DNA of 64,000 bases from Octopus vulgaris (Eukaryota): NCBI GenBank assembly GCA_951406725.2, contig OX597828.1:55118001-55182000 (forward strand), written 5' to 3'. Each line of letters opens with the position of its first letter. Within the stretch, counting starts at the first letter, position 1. The notes beneath the pieces are model-generated. The model made no database searches. It was not told the DNA's origin and was given only the letters and a program-made list of their open reading frames with translations. A program made the position numbers and the translations under genes. Below are positions 52,121 to 64,000 of this stretch, in pieces.

Positions 52121-52355
52121 GATGCAGTACCAGGCAGTGGCTCTCGTGGCTTCTGATCTTAACTGATTGGAAGTGTTATCATGTACGTTGTTTTGTCTTG
52201 GTATAAAAGATGGGCTACAGCAAATATTCTGCCCAATGCCACAGGCTTGCTTGTCAGTTGTTTGACCTTAGCCAGTTGTGCATGTCCCTTAGTGGCTAAC
52301 GATATGTGCATCTCTGACCACGAGCAGATGTAATATAATATATAATAACATATTG

Positions 52356-52401
<46 letters not shown>

Positions 52402-52447
52402 ACATAAACACACATACACACACATATGTATATATATATAATACCTA

Positions 52448-52824
52448 CACTTGCGTCAGAAATTAATTAGCACTTCTCAAATTTCTACATTAAATAGGTT
52501 AAATCAATTAACCTATGAGCTGTTCAAAACGTCTTACGCGATGAGAAAACTTAGTATGGTGTGATTTCGGTCCTTGCGAGGCGCTACCTATATCTATTAA
52601 ACAAAGGAAGATTTGTTTGCATCCGCACTCCAAGTTGTTGCACTGTTATGTCAACATCATAAGGCTGTAGACTCTCAAACTGCTCTGCAAACAAAGTTAC
52701 GTCATCGTTTTGCGCAACAGTGAACTCGCAACAAAGCAATAGTTCGAGATATGGCCACTAGGTGACAGCACATACCTTGAGTGAAGAGCAAATCAAGGGT
52801 GCTAATTAATTTCTGACGGTAGTG
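52448..52824. mobile_element. Tc1-type MITE
   Basis: TIRs cacttgcgtcagaaattaattagcac and gtgctaattaatttctgacggtagtg; TA on both flanks. Confidence 0.85.
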
Positions 52825-53057
52825 TATTTCTTTACTACCCACAAGGAGCTAAACACAGAGGGGACAAACAAGGACAGACAAATGGATTAAGTCGATTACA
52901 TCGACCCCAGTGCGTAACTGGTACTTAATTTATCGACCCCGAAAGGATGAAAGGCAAAGTCGACCTCGGCGGAATTTGAACTCAGAACGCAGCGGCGGAC
53001 GAAATACCGCAAAGCATTTCGCCCGGCGTGCTAACGTTTCTGCCAGCTCGCCGCCTT
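52825..53057 (-). mobile_element. SINE family A
   Basis: Near-consensus family A copy. Confidence 0.9.
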
Positions 53058-53127
53058 ATATGTATATATATAATACCATACACACACACACTCACACACA
53101 CACACACATACACATTCACACGTATCC

Positions 53128-53168
<41 letters not shown>

Positions 53169-53549
53169 CACACACACTCACACATATATAGTTGAAATTT
53201 ACAAGACGAAGCCAGGTATAGGAATAACATGCAAGCGTATTATTTTGACTCTCGGGAAAGTGAGAAAGTATTTTACGTTTCGAGTCTACGTTCTTCTATA
53301 GGAACACGAGGAAATAGAGAGAGAATTAAAAAAAACTTGTGGATTTAGCGATCAGGCATGGTGATAGAAACACAGAAACACATACACACACACAAATATA
53401 ATTTCTATCATATAATATAATATTATATTATATCATATTATTTCTTTGAAAAATTTCTAATAGGAAATAGCTTACATGTCAAACTAACATGTAGAACTTT
53501 ATAATCCTTATTAGCAACGAAACATGTGTAAGGGCGAATAAATGATACC

Positions 53550-53623
<74 letters not shown>

Positions 53624-54695
53624 TATATAATACATATATATATATATACATATATATACATATACATATATATATATACATATATATACATATATATACA
53701 TATATATACATATATATAAATATATATACATATACATACATATATATTTATGTATGTATGTATGCATGTATGTATATATGCATGTTTGTATGTATGTGTG
53801 TATGTATGTAAGTATCTGCAGGTATATATACATAATCAAGGATATCAAATCCTCTTAAAGGGATGTTATTATCCAAGTTCCCCGGTTATATCCAGTGCTT
53901 CAGTGAAAAACCAAAGACAGTTTCACATTCATTTTAGTATGAGAAAAAGAAAATGGAGAAATTAATACTCAGATATCAGTTTATTTGAACAAATTCCATT
54001 CAGCATAACATCAAGTTCTTTACACCTAGAGCTATTTCTATACCCAGTTAATTCAATCTGATGAAAGAAATTAAATTTAATTAACGTAAGTTTCCATATC
54101 GAATATCGTAAATTGGGTATTTCGTCAGGGGAGAGAATTTGTTAGAAAGGAGCTACATTGCAACGTGTTGGTTGGCATCTCATAGACTCAGATATGTATT
54201 TTAGCAACAGGTGTATTTAAAAAAGAAAAACCGTTATTATTCTTATGTATTTGTGTGTGTGTGTGTGTGTGTTAAAGCTACGAAATGAGGACGAATCACA
54301 ACTGCTTCCTAATTACCATAGTTGAATATTACGTCATCGATATTAGTGCTCAACAGTGAGTAAAGAAATGAACGATCTAATCAAGGAAAGCATAAATATT
54401 AACAAATTAAATTAAAAAATTAAGAAATTTGAAAACAATATTAAATTGATATAGTGTATCTTTAACTTAAATTAATCAACTATTCCATCAGCTATTAATC
54501 ATATATTCTCGAGGTACGTGCCTAAATTAATGTTTCTGTAAACTATATATATGTACTACTGCTACCTGTACATAATACCTTAAATTCATATTAACCATTT
54601 AATTTATACTTTAATATTGATACGATATCTGTTAAGAATTATTTTATCGTTTTAGTTACAAATGCAAGCATTTTAATCATGAGATACCATCTGAT

Positions 54696-55190
54696 TCAAG
54701 GTTCCAGTAACCTTACAATTACATCTAATTTATTCTTTAAATTACACCTAATGGTATTTTCTGGAAACATATTTACAGGCGTGAACACATGAAAAACCAG
54801 TCTCCCTCCGCGCATAGACACCTTGAATACAAGATCCTGAAAAACTTCCTCCATACAGAGAAAACAAAATGCGTTTCCAGCTTTATAGGTTCTAGCCTTG
54901 CTTACAATCTCCCACTCCACAGAAAAGCTTTTATTTTTGTCTTAATTCCTTAATAAATTTACTGAGGCTGGTACAAGATAAATTGTTTCTATTGTTGAAG
55001 GTGTAAATGTGATTAGAGATGCGTTTCTTGATATCATTTTCCGTTGCTCCGATGTAAAAGAAACTTTTAACTTCAGACATACGCTACATCTATATACAAC
55101 ATTCTTTTGTTTACAATGATTTTTAAATAAACAGTTACTTTTAACCTTGCAGTCACAATGCATATTATCATTACTACTCATATTATTATT
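54696..55190 (-). mobile_element. Penelope-like element GIY-YIG endonuclease remnant
   Basis: CDCKVKSNCLFKNHCKQKNVVYRCSV, FYIGATENDIKKRISNH and WEIVSKARTYKAGNAFCFLCMEE, frameshifted. Confidence 0.85.
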
Positions 55191-55361
55191 TTGAATTATA
55201 TTTTACATTCGGTGTAATTGTTATTTACAGTGTTACCTATATCCTTCAGGTTGAGATGGGATTTAATATGGGTTGCTTCCCCTTGTACATTAGAGGAATT
55301 ATGAATTCCTGTATCACTAACATTTTTTCCTAGAGAATCATAATTGTTGTATTTAATTACT

Positions 55362-55758
55362 CTTTTACTCTTTTACTCTTTTACTAGTTTCAGTCATGTG
55401 ACTGTGGCCATGCTGGAGCACCGCCTTTAGTCGAATAAATCGACCCCAGGACTTATTCTTTGTTAGCCTAGTACTTAATTTATCGGTCTCTTTTGCCGAA
55501 CCGCTAAGTTACGGGGTCGTAAACACACCACCATCGGTTGTCAAGCGATGTTGGGGGGACAAACACAAATACATATATATACATATACATATATACGACG
55601 GGCTTCTTTCAGTTTCCGTCTACCAAACCCACTCACAAGGCTTTGATCGGCCCGAGGCTACAGCAGAAGACACTTGCCCAATGTGCCACGCAGTGGGACT
55701 GAACCCGGAACCATGTGGTTGGTAAGCAAGCTACTTACCACACAGCCACTCCTGCGCC
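55362..55758 (-). mobile_element. SINE family C inserted in the PLE remnant
   Basis: Near-consensus copy with a (gagtaaaa)n tail. Confidence 0.9.
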
Positions 55759-56588
55759 TGGTGATTAATGCTATAAAAATCAGACAGTTTTCGCTGATTA
55801 AGGGGAAAAATAATTTGGGACGAGTTATCAGAAACTGAATAAGCAACTCTGGGAAATCTGGGGTTAATTATTTCATAATATCTATATTTTCCTTGGTAAA
55901 ATGTTTATAAAAAAGTTTGTACAAGGATCAAACTGAATTATTCTTGATTTGCTTGGCGAATGGAATAATCATTCAAATAATGTTGTTCTTATAAAAAGAT
56001 ACGTTATAATTAAAAATTTTTGAACCTTGTTATACATTTAAGGGATTTGTCTTTTTGTTCTACTACTCCATGTAGCTTCTTTCCAACAAATTCTATCCCC
56101 TGACGAAACATACAATTTACGATATTCGATATAAAATTTAATCTAATTTAATTTAATTTCATTCCCCAAATTGAATTAATTGGGTATGGAAACAACTGTA
56201 GGTGTAAAGAATTTGATGTTATGCAGAATGGAATTTGTTCAAATAAACTGATGTCTATATATTAATTTCTCCATTTTATTTTTCCCTTACAAGAATATAT
56301 GCGTGTATGTAAGTATAGATGTATGGATAGATGGGTGGAATATTTGCATACATATATATATATATACAGACGCCATGATAGATCGTTAGCTCCTACACGC
56401 ATTTTTTCTCTCCTTGTTTTTTTCTGTGTATCTTTCTGTTGAAGAGCGTAGACTCGAAACGTAAAAGACTTTTTCTATTTCTATTCCTGAGCGCCATACT
56501 AATACATTTGTTTGTTTGTACTCCACCTGCCTTCGTCTTTTGTCTATTTCCGTAAACTTTCCCGTTATATATATATATATATATATAC

Positions 56589-56920
56589 GCATGGCTCAGT
56601 GGTTAGAGCGTCGAGCTTACGATCGTGAGGTTGTGAGCTCGAACCCCGGACCGGGCTGCGTGATTGTGTTCTTGAGCAAGACACTTTATTTCACGTTGCT
56701 CCAGTTCACTCAGCTGTAGAAATGAGTTGCAACGTCACAGGTGCCAAGCTGTATCGGCCCCTTTGCCTTTCTCTTGGATAATATCGGTGACGTGGAGAGG
56801 GGAGGCCGGTATGCATGGGCGACTGCTGGTCTTCCATAAACAACCTTGCCCCCGGACTTATGCCTAGGAGCGTAACTTTCTATGTACTATCCCATGGTCA
56901 GTCATGACCGAAGTGGCTTT
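56589..56920 (+). mobile_element. SINE family D variant
   Basis: A box tggctcagtgg, B-box-like gagctcgaaccc; 3' body shared with 31425-31620. Confidence 0.85.
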
Positions 56921-57560
56921 CATATATATATATATATATATATATCTATATATGAGCGTGTGTTTATATATATATGTGCAGACATCTACATATATGTGCG
57001 TGCATGTGTGTAGGCGGATATGTAGAACTCCTAATACACTCGTACATTAAAGTCATCTTTTTTCACTCTCCCTGTGACACGTACATATACGTACGTATAT
57101 ACATACCTACATGCATACTTACATACATTCATTCTCACATACACAGCAGACACAAATCTAAATACACACACGTATTAAACAAACACACAACATCGTGATA
57201 CATCAAAGTAGAGAAGTGGTTGTTTCCTCAGTTGTGCTATTAACGAGCTTGTTTTCTCCCTCCTCAACGTTTCACGAAGTTGCTCTGTTTCTGACTTTAT
57301 ATATGCGTTCGGATCTAATTCTTACTCTGCGCACGCGCTCGTGTGTGTGTACCGCCCATGTATACGTTCTAACATTTGAGTATATGCATTAAAATGGTTT
57401 GTTTACAAATGTTATTCTTTTTGTGTTTTAGTGTTAGCCTGTTAGCATGCTTGCGTTTGTGTATTCGTATGTGCTGTGGGGCGGGGGAGAGAAAGGGAGA
57501 GGGAGAGGCATATATATATACATATATTAAGAGAGGGAGAAAGATTTCGTAGTGTGTGTC

Positions 57561-57610
<50 letters not shown>

Positions 57611-57611
57611 C

Positions 57612-58057
57612 TCTTTACTCCTGTTTTTTTACTCTTCTACTTGTTTCAGTCGTTTGATTGTGATCATGTTGGAGCACCACCTTTAGTCGAGCAAATCGAC
57701 CCCAGGACTTATTCTTTGTAAGCCTAGTACTTATTCTATCGGTCTCTTTGCCGAACCGCTAAATTACGGGGACGTAAACACACTAGCATCGGTTGTCAAG
57801 CAATGCTAGGGGGTGGGGGGCAAACACAAACACAAAAATATACACACATACATACATACACACACACACATATATTAATACATATACATATATACGACGG
57901 GCTTCTTTCAGTTTCCGTCTCCAAATCCACTCACAAGGCTTTGGTCGGCCCGAGGCTATAGTAGAAGACACTTGCCCAAGGTGCCGCGCAGTGGGACTAA
58001 ACCCGAAACCACGTAGTTCGTAAGCAAGCTACTTACCACACAGCCACTCCTACGCCT
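57612..58057 (-). mobile_element. SINE family C
   Basis: Homologous to 55362-55758. Confidence 0.88.
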
Positions 58058-58524
58058 ATATATATATATATATATGAAGAGAGAGAAAGGGAAATATTTT
58101 ATCGTGTGAATTTATGATATGTGTTTGCGTAAATGCATATGTAAGTGTTTGTTCGACTGAGTGTGCGCGTGTGCTCGTTTGTATATGCGCGCGCGTGCAT
58201 ACATTATATATCACTTTGTGCATTCGAGTACTTTCGTTTGTGATATGTGTGTGCTCAATGTGAGACTGTATATATGGGTATGTGCGTGTATGTATAGATG
58301 TCAAACATTGCTGAGTTAGCTGTGTCAGTATGGAAACGTGTCGGTTGATATGTGGTCCGCCTTTGCTATGTACGATAATAATTCTGACAACCTCACGTTT
58401 CATTTAATTTCACCAACTTACCATACTTTGTATAACGCCATATGTTTTCCTTAACATCAGCTCCTCAACAATCTCATTTTAAACTTCAAGGAACCAAATT
58501 TTAAAGCTGCACGATTTGTTAAAT

Positions 58525-58790
58525 TTCTAAGCTATGTCATTTAAACTATGATAATTAAATTAAGTCATTTAAACTATGGTAATTGAATCATTCCATTTAA
58601 ACTATGATACATAAGCTTTGCCATTGAAACTGTGACATTTAATATTGTTTAAACTACGTTAATTAGCCATGTCATTGAAATTCTGATATTTAAAACATGC
58701 CATTTAAATTATAATATTCAAGCTGTTATTTGAACTCTGATATTCTACCCATGCTGTTTGCGCTACGCTATCTAAGTTGTGTCAGTTAAG
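58525..58790. repeat. Degenerate ~30-bp minisatellite
   Basis: Repeated aagctatgtcatttaaactatgata-like units. Confidence 0.75.
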
Positions 58791-60281
58791 TTAGTCTGTT
58801 TCATCAAGGCTGTATTTATTGTTTAGTCACAACCCATCTCTGGTTGAGCTGAGCTATGATCAACAGTATTTCAGACATCATTTTATCATTCACTTCACTT
58901 CTTACAGATGAAAATTATCATTTCCACAGGATTGATGGGATCACTTTGTGGGATGCAAACTTTATGCACCACCGCATGTCACAATCATAGAAAGTGAGAC
59001 AACGACAACTCTTATTATGTCATGAACACTTTGCAATTAAGTATGTGAATTAAGGTTTGCTATATTGATTCTTTAAAGCCTTCCTTCCTTTCTAATTTTG
59101 GCCAGAATTGAACACATATTTTGTATATCTTAAACTACTTCTGAAGAGATTCGACTTTTAAATAATTTTTAATTTTATTAATTAAGTTTTTGAAGGTCTG
59201 GTACCGAAACAGCTGTAAGGAATGTCTGTCAATTTTTTAATTAATATATAATAATTTAATTACCCATGTATTTTCTTATATATGCATACATACAGGCATA
59301 CATACATACATACATACACACACACACATATAGAGAGATACCAAATGGCTCTAAAAGCCACATCTAAACTCCGTCAGCACAACTTGCAAATGGGCAGACG
59401 AAAAAGTGAATAAGATTTTTGTAAAATAAAGATGCTTTCTGGCTTAGGTTTGTAAAACCCATTGCTTTCATAAGTACAATATGCCAAAAGTATATAAATG
59501 CAAATATTTATAGATACCCATACGAATAACATATATCCGCACAATCATATACATACATTTACATGTATACACTAGTTAAATCTAATTTTTCATTTCAACC
59601 ACGATATTATGAAAATAGTATCGCAGCGAATGCAATTTGATCAGGAGCAAATATATATATTTTATACAAAATTAAGGATAAAACCATTTTAATGATTTTG
59701 ACAAGTCGCCAGCGTGAAATAAAACCATACAGGTAACAATTTATACTAATTTATAATTATATAATATAATTATATCAAAGGGTGCGGATAATCTCCACCA
59801 ATATGCTAGAAAGAGACGCCAAATGGCTCTAAAACCCACATCTACACTCCGTTAGTACAGGTTGTAATCGGGCAGATGAAAAAATGAATATGATTTAACT
59901 AGTGTATACATGTGCGGATACAAGCCTTAGCCAGAAATCGATCTTAACTACTCAATTCCAGAATGCAATACTTAAAATAAATTTATAGTCAGTTTCGTCA
60001 GGCATATAATTTATTGCAGCCGACAGTTTCAATACATCATACACTTGCCGAAACTTGGGAGACTTCGAAGACCTTGCCAACTTTTTCATTGTGCGTGTAT
60101 GTGTGAGTGATTATGCGTTTGTGCGTGTATACATACACGTGTAGATATGTATATACATATTGGTATGCATGTTTGTATGTATGTATGTATGTGTATAGAT
60201 AGATATATATATACAAGAATATGTATGTATGTATGTGTATATATATATATGTATATATACATACATATATATATATATATT

Positions 60282-60315
<34 letters not shown>

Positions 60316-61123
60316 TGTATATATATATATATATAAATATATATATACATATATATATATATATGCGCATATATATGTATATATATATTTGTATGTAAGT
60401 AGTGTATATATGTGTGTGTATGTATATATTGCATATGAAAATGTGTATACATATGTATTTCATACTACTCTTATATGTATATGTGTGTGTGTGTTTGTGT
60501 GTGTATGTGTGTGTGTGCGTGTTAGTGTGGTAAATGTTTTTCAGGCAAGTTTTTGTAGGTATTTCTCGCAACAAGTGTGGCTCCGTAGAGAACGCCGTCA
60601 TAGACTTGTTTTTACTGATTTAATATTTTTTTTTGTTTTAATCCGTTGGTGGGGGCCGGGTTTCGGCGGAGTTTTTGCATATTTTTCCGTCTCATAGAAC
60701 ATTTTGAATCCTCTATTTAATATGATATATATTCGTTAGAACATAGGGAAACAATTGCATGATATCTTGGAATGATTTTTGTGTTTTTCCTTTTTTTTTT
60801 GGCTTTATGATTCTACTTTCACTTGACTGCTTAACCAAGTCAGTGTAAAGATGGGCCGGGTAGGTCGGGTGGCTGGCGATGCTTATAAACAACTTGAAGC
60901 TGATGCTAAAAGGTGATCTATCGTTAGAACTCCACCATGTATGAAGTGTGCGTGTGTTTATATGTATATTTTCATATGTATATTTATGTATGTATGTGTT
61001 TATACATCTACTACATAGCCTACATGTGTGTGTATGTATCTATGTAAGTAGGTATATATATGTATACATATATATTTATATATATATATATATGTATGCA
61101 TATATACATACATACATATACGT

Positions 61124-61154
<31 letters not shown>

Positions 61155-61299
61155 GATATATGTGTATATATATATATATATGCTTATATATCTACTACAT
61201 GTATGTTTGTATGTATATATATTGACAATATACATATATATGTATATATAGATGTGTGTATATATATGTATGTGTGTATGAATGTAAATATATGTATAA

Positions 61300-61373
<74 letters not shown>

Positions 61374-62349
61374 ATCCAAAGTGGCATAAAGGAATTTGGC
61401 AAACGAAGATTGTATTAAGGAAATAATTACATCACCTATTTCCAGTGAGGTGATTGCACCAAGAATAAGGCTCTCTCTCTCTCTCTCTTTCTCTCTATTC
61501 CGGTACACAAACCGTAAATATTCTTTTTTTTCAGCACTTACCATTATTAAAGCAAGTTTGTTTCATCTTGAAAAAAATCTTATCTTCCCCACCACCACCA
61601 CCACCATCGCGACTGCCACCGCCGTCGCCATCATCCCTATTACTAACAATGCCATCACCACCAACATCATCATCGTCGTCGTCGGCGTCGCGTCTTCGTT
61701 TCATTTGATGAAAAATTCTTACATGTTTTGCTTACCTATAGCAGCGTTGATAGTTCATTGTATTCGAGCAGGTCTTGCTATTGGTGTCCTCTATATTGAT
61801 GAACTAGGGACTGAAATACGGCTCTTATCTTTTCGTTTCTCAACTTGACATCGATTTTAGTGTCTATATCGTGGCACAGAAGACATTGCGAAGGTATATG
61901 AAGCGACTCAAGTCTGCGACTAACAGGACGGTGTTCCATGTTCTTTCGCCAATCTCTTTCCTCGGGATTCTTCGTACTTGTTCTTTGTCCAGGATTTTCC
62001 TATGCTAATGCTAATTCTCTCGGACGCAAGTTAGCTCTGATAGACTAAATCAGTATAAAGGATCGATGTGATCGACTGAAACGTCTGAGACCCAGGATGG
62101 CCGCCGTTTGATGACTGGAAAGAGTAAATGAAGTTCAAAAGAATATAAAACAGAAGTTCTCTGGGTCTCATTCCAATACATCTCTAGTCACTCGTAAACG
62201 ATAAAAAGCAACGAGTACCAGATGCTATTCTCGCGATAGCTCTGGCACCGATAAAAGAAATTCCTACCTGATATTGACGTGCGCATGTGTGCATGCACAC
62301 AGAGCATATGAGTGTGTATATATATATATGCCTATATATATATATATAT

Positions 62350-62401
<52 letters not shown>

Positions 62402-63222
62402 TACACACGTACATATATTTATGTATAAATACGCACATACATACACACACACATACATACATACATGCATACATATACACACACATACCCACACTTTCTC
62501 TCTCTCTCTCTCTCTTTCTCTCATTCACACACAAGAGCGGAAGACTGTCGGTTTTCTTTCTTTCTTGACTTTTCTTTTTAAAGTTTAACATATATCAGAA
62601 TCAAGCAACAACATGAAATAAACTTCTGTTCTAAAATTCCGTTTTATTTATTTCTTTATCTATTTATTTATTTATTTATTTATTTATCTATCCATTTATT
62701 TCTTCATTTTTAAAATCTCATTTGGCTGCGTTTGTCTGTCTTACTACAGAAAATTTCCTGCATTGAAAGATTTATTGGATTCGGTTCATATTCAATGTAG
62801 AAATACATTAGTATACACACTACATAAATATACAACACACACATACACATACATGCTTACACAGACATACATTTATACATACAAACATAATGCACATAGA
62901 AACATGCACGCACACACATATGTATCCATATCTATATATATATGCGTATATGTATGCATATACATACATTATATATATATATGTTTGCAAATTTGTTTGC
63001 ATGCGTGTATGACTGTGTAAGTATGTGTAAATGCCTCCGTGCTTATATACCCTGTATACACACTGTATAAGCTGATGATGTAAACACTTTAATGGCGGTT
63101 AAATTAAAACATCTCAACAGAGAAACAAACAGAGAGTAACTTATCTGGACTAGTTTTTTTTTTGTATATTTACTGCAGCAACCAAAATGCATAAATATGT
63201 GTATTCATACATGCATACACAT

Positions 63223-63306
<84 letters not shown>

Positions 63307-63399
63307 TACATGTTTCTGTGTGTATTTGTGTCTTTGCATCTGTGCGTTTTCGTATGTATAACTACTAAGTATAATATGTGCATACACACACAGGCATTT

Positions 63400-63431
<32 letters not shown>

Positions 63432-63543
63432 AAAAATGGTAAATAATTTTCCTGTGGTTTTTCATGTAACCAACAATTATTTACCGGTAAATTTCGGTAT
63501 GTAAATACGACAAAATAATTGTCAAGACCTTTGTAAGGTTCAG

Positions 63544-63820
63544 TATATAGTAAAGAAAAATAAGTTGGCTAGCAGCAAGCTGTTTCGCCTCATACCGAAG
63601 GAATTAGAAATGGCAGTCAAAGACCGTTTTTCCATTTCTATAAGTGGAGATTCCAAAAACGAAGGCCCTTGTGTTTTGTGTATGTGAGCCGCAAGGGCCT
63701 TCGTTTTTGGAATCTCCACTTATAGAAATGGAAAAAACGGTCTTTGACTGCCATTTCTAATTCCTTCGGTATGAGGCGAAACAGCTTGCTGCTAGCCAAC
63801 TTATTTTTCTTTACTATATA
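63544..63820. repeat. Near-perfect inverted repeat (128-bp arms, 20-nt spacer) flanked by TA runs
   Basis: 63544-63671 is the reverse complement of 63692-63820 apart from one homopolymer indel. Confidence 0.93.
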
Positions 63821-63830
63821 TATATATATT

Positions 63831-63862
<32 letters not shown>

Positions 63863-63930
63863 CATATATGTATATATATATATATACATAGATACACATA
63901 CATACATATATATACATAAATATCAAAATA

Positions 63931-64000
<70 letters not shown>

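Noticed and set aside
56589-56660. tRNA-like sequences at SINE 5' ends
   Set aside because: They have A/B boxes but no complete cloverleaf and continue into repeat bodies.
58525-58790. CRISPR-like periodicity
   Set aside because: Degenerate tandem minisatellite without unique spacers or cas genes, in eukaryotic DNA.
58908-59040. Exon-like segment (cttacag ... AAgtatgt)
   Set aside because: Stops in all three frames and no homology; it could only be a non-coding exon, which cannot be supported here.

Overview
This is AT-rich, microsatellite-saturated animal genomic DNA. The SINE families and (TA)n/(CA)n/(TACA)n density look like an octopod cephalopod (inference, not verified). Two spliced host genes face each other tail-to-tail. 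The first is a follistatin on + (exons 1-196, 1080-1307, 4527-4751, 5852-6079, probable last exon 7896-7966; the signal-peptide exon is outside the window). The second is a 783-aa type-II-membrane copper amine oxidase (AOC/VAP-1/DAO family) homolog on - (exons 27630-25567 and 18525-18238). Its ORF is intact, but the TPQ-precursor Tyr (NYDY->NRDY) and two of three copper-ligand His are replaced, so it is predicted to be a pseudo-enzyme. The rest is transposon debris: four tRNA-derived SINE families, Tc1/mariner and pogo-type MITEs, RLE-type and CR1-like LINE fragments, and Penelope-like (GIY-YIG) fragments. About 15 hammerhead-ribozyme-like motifs were found by eye, including a retrozyme-like 1.5-mer with a 363-bp period, a set with very long stem II, and many fold-back elements embedded in (TA)n. 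All alignments and folds were done by eye.
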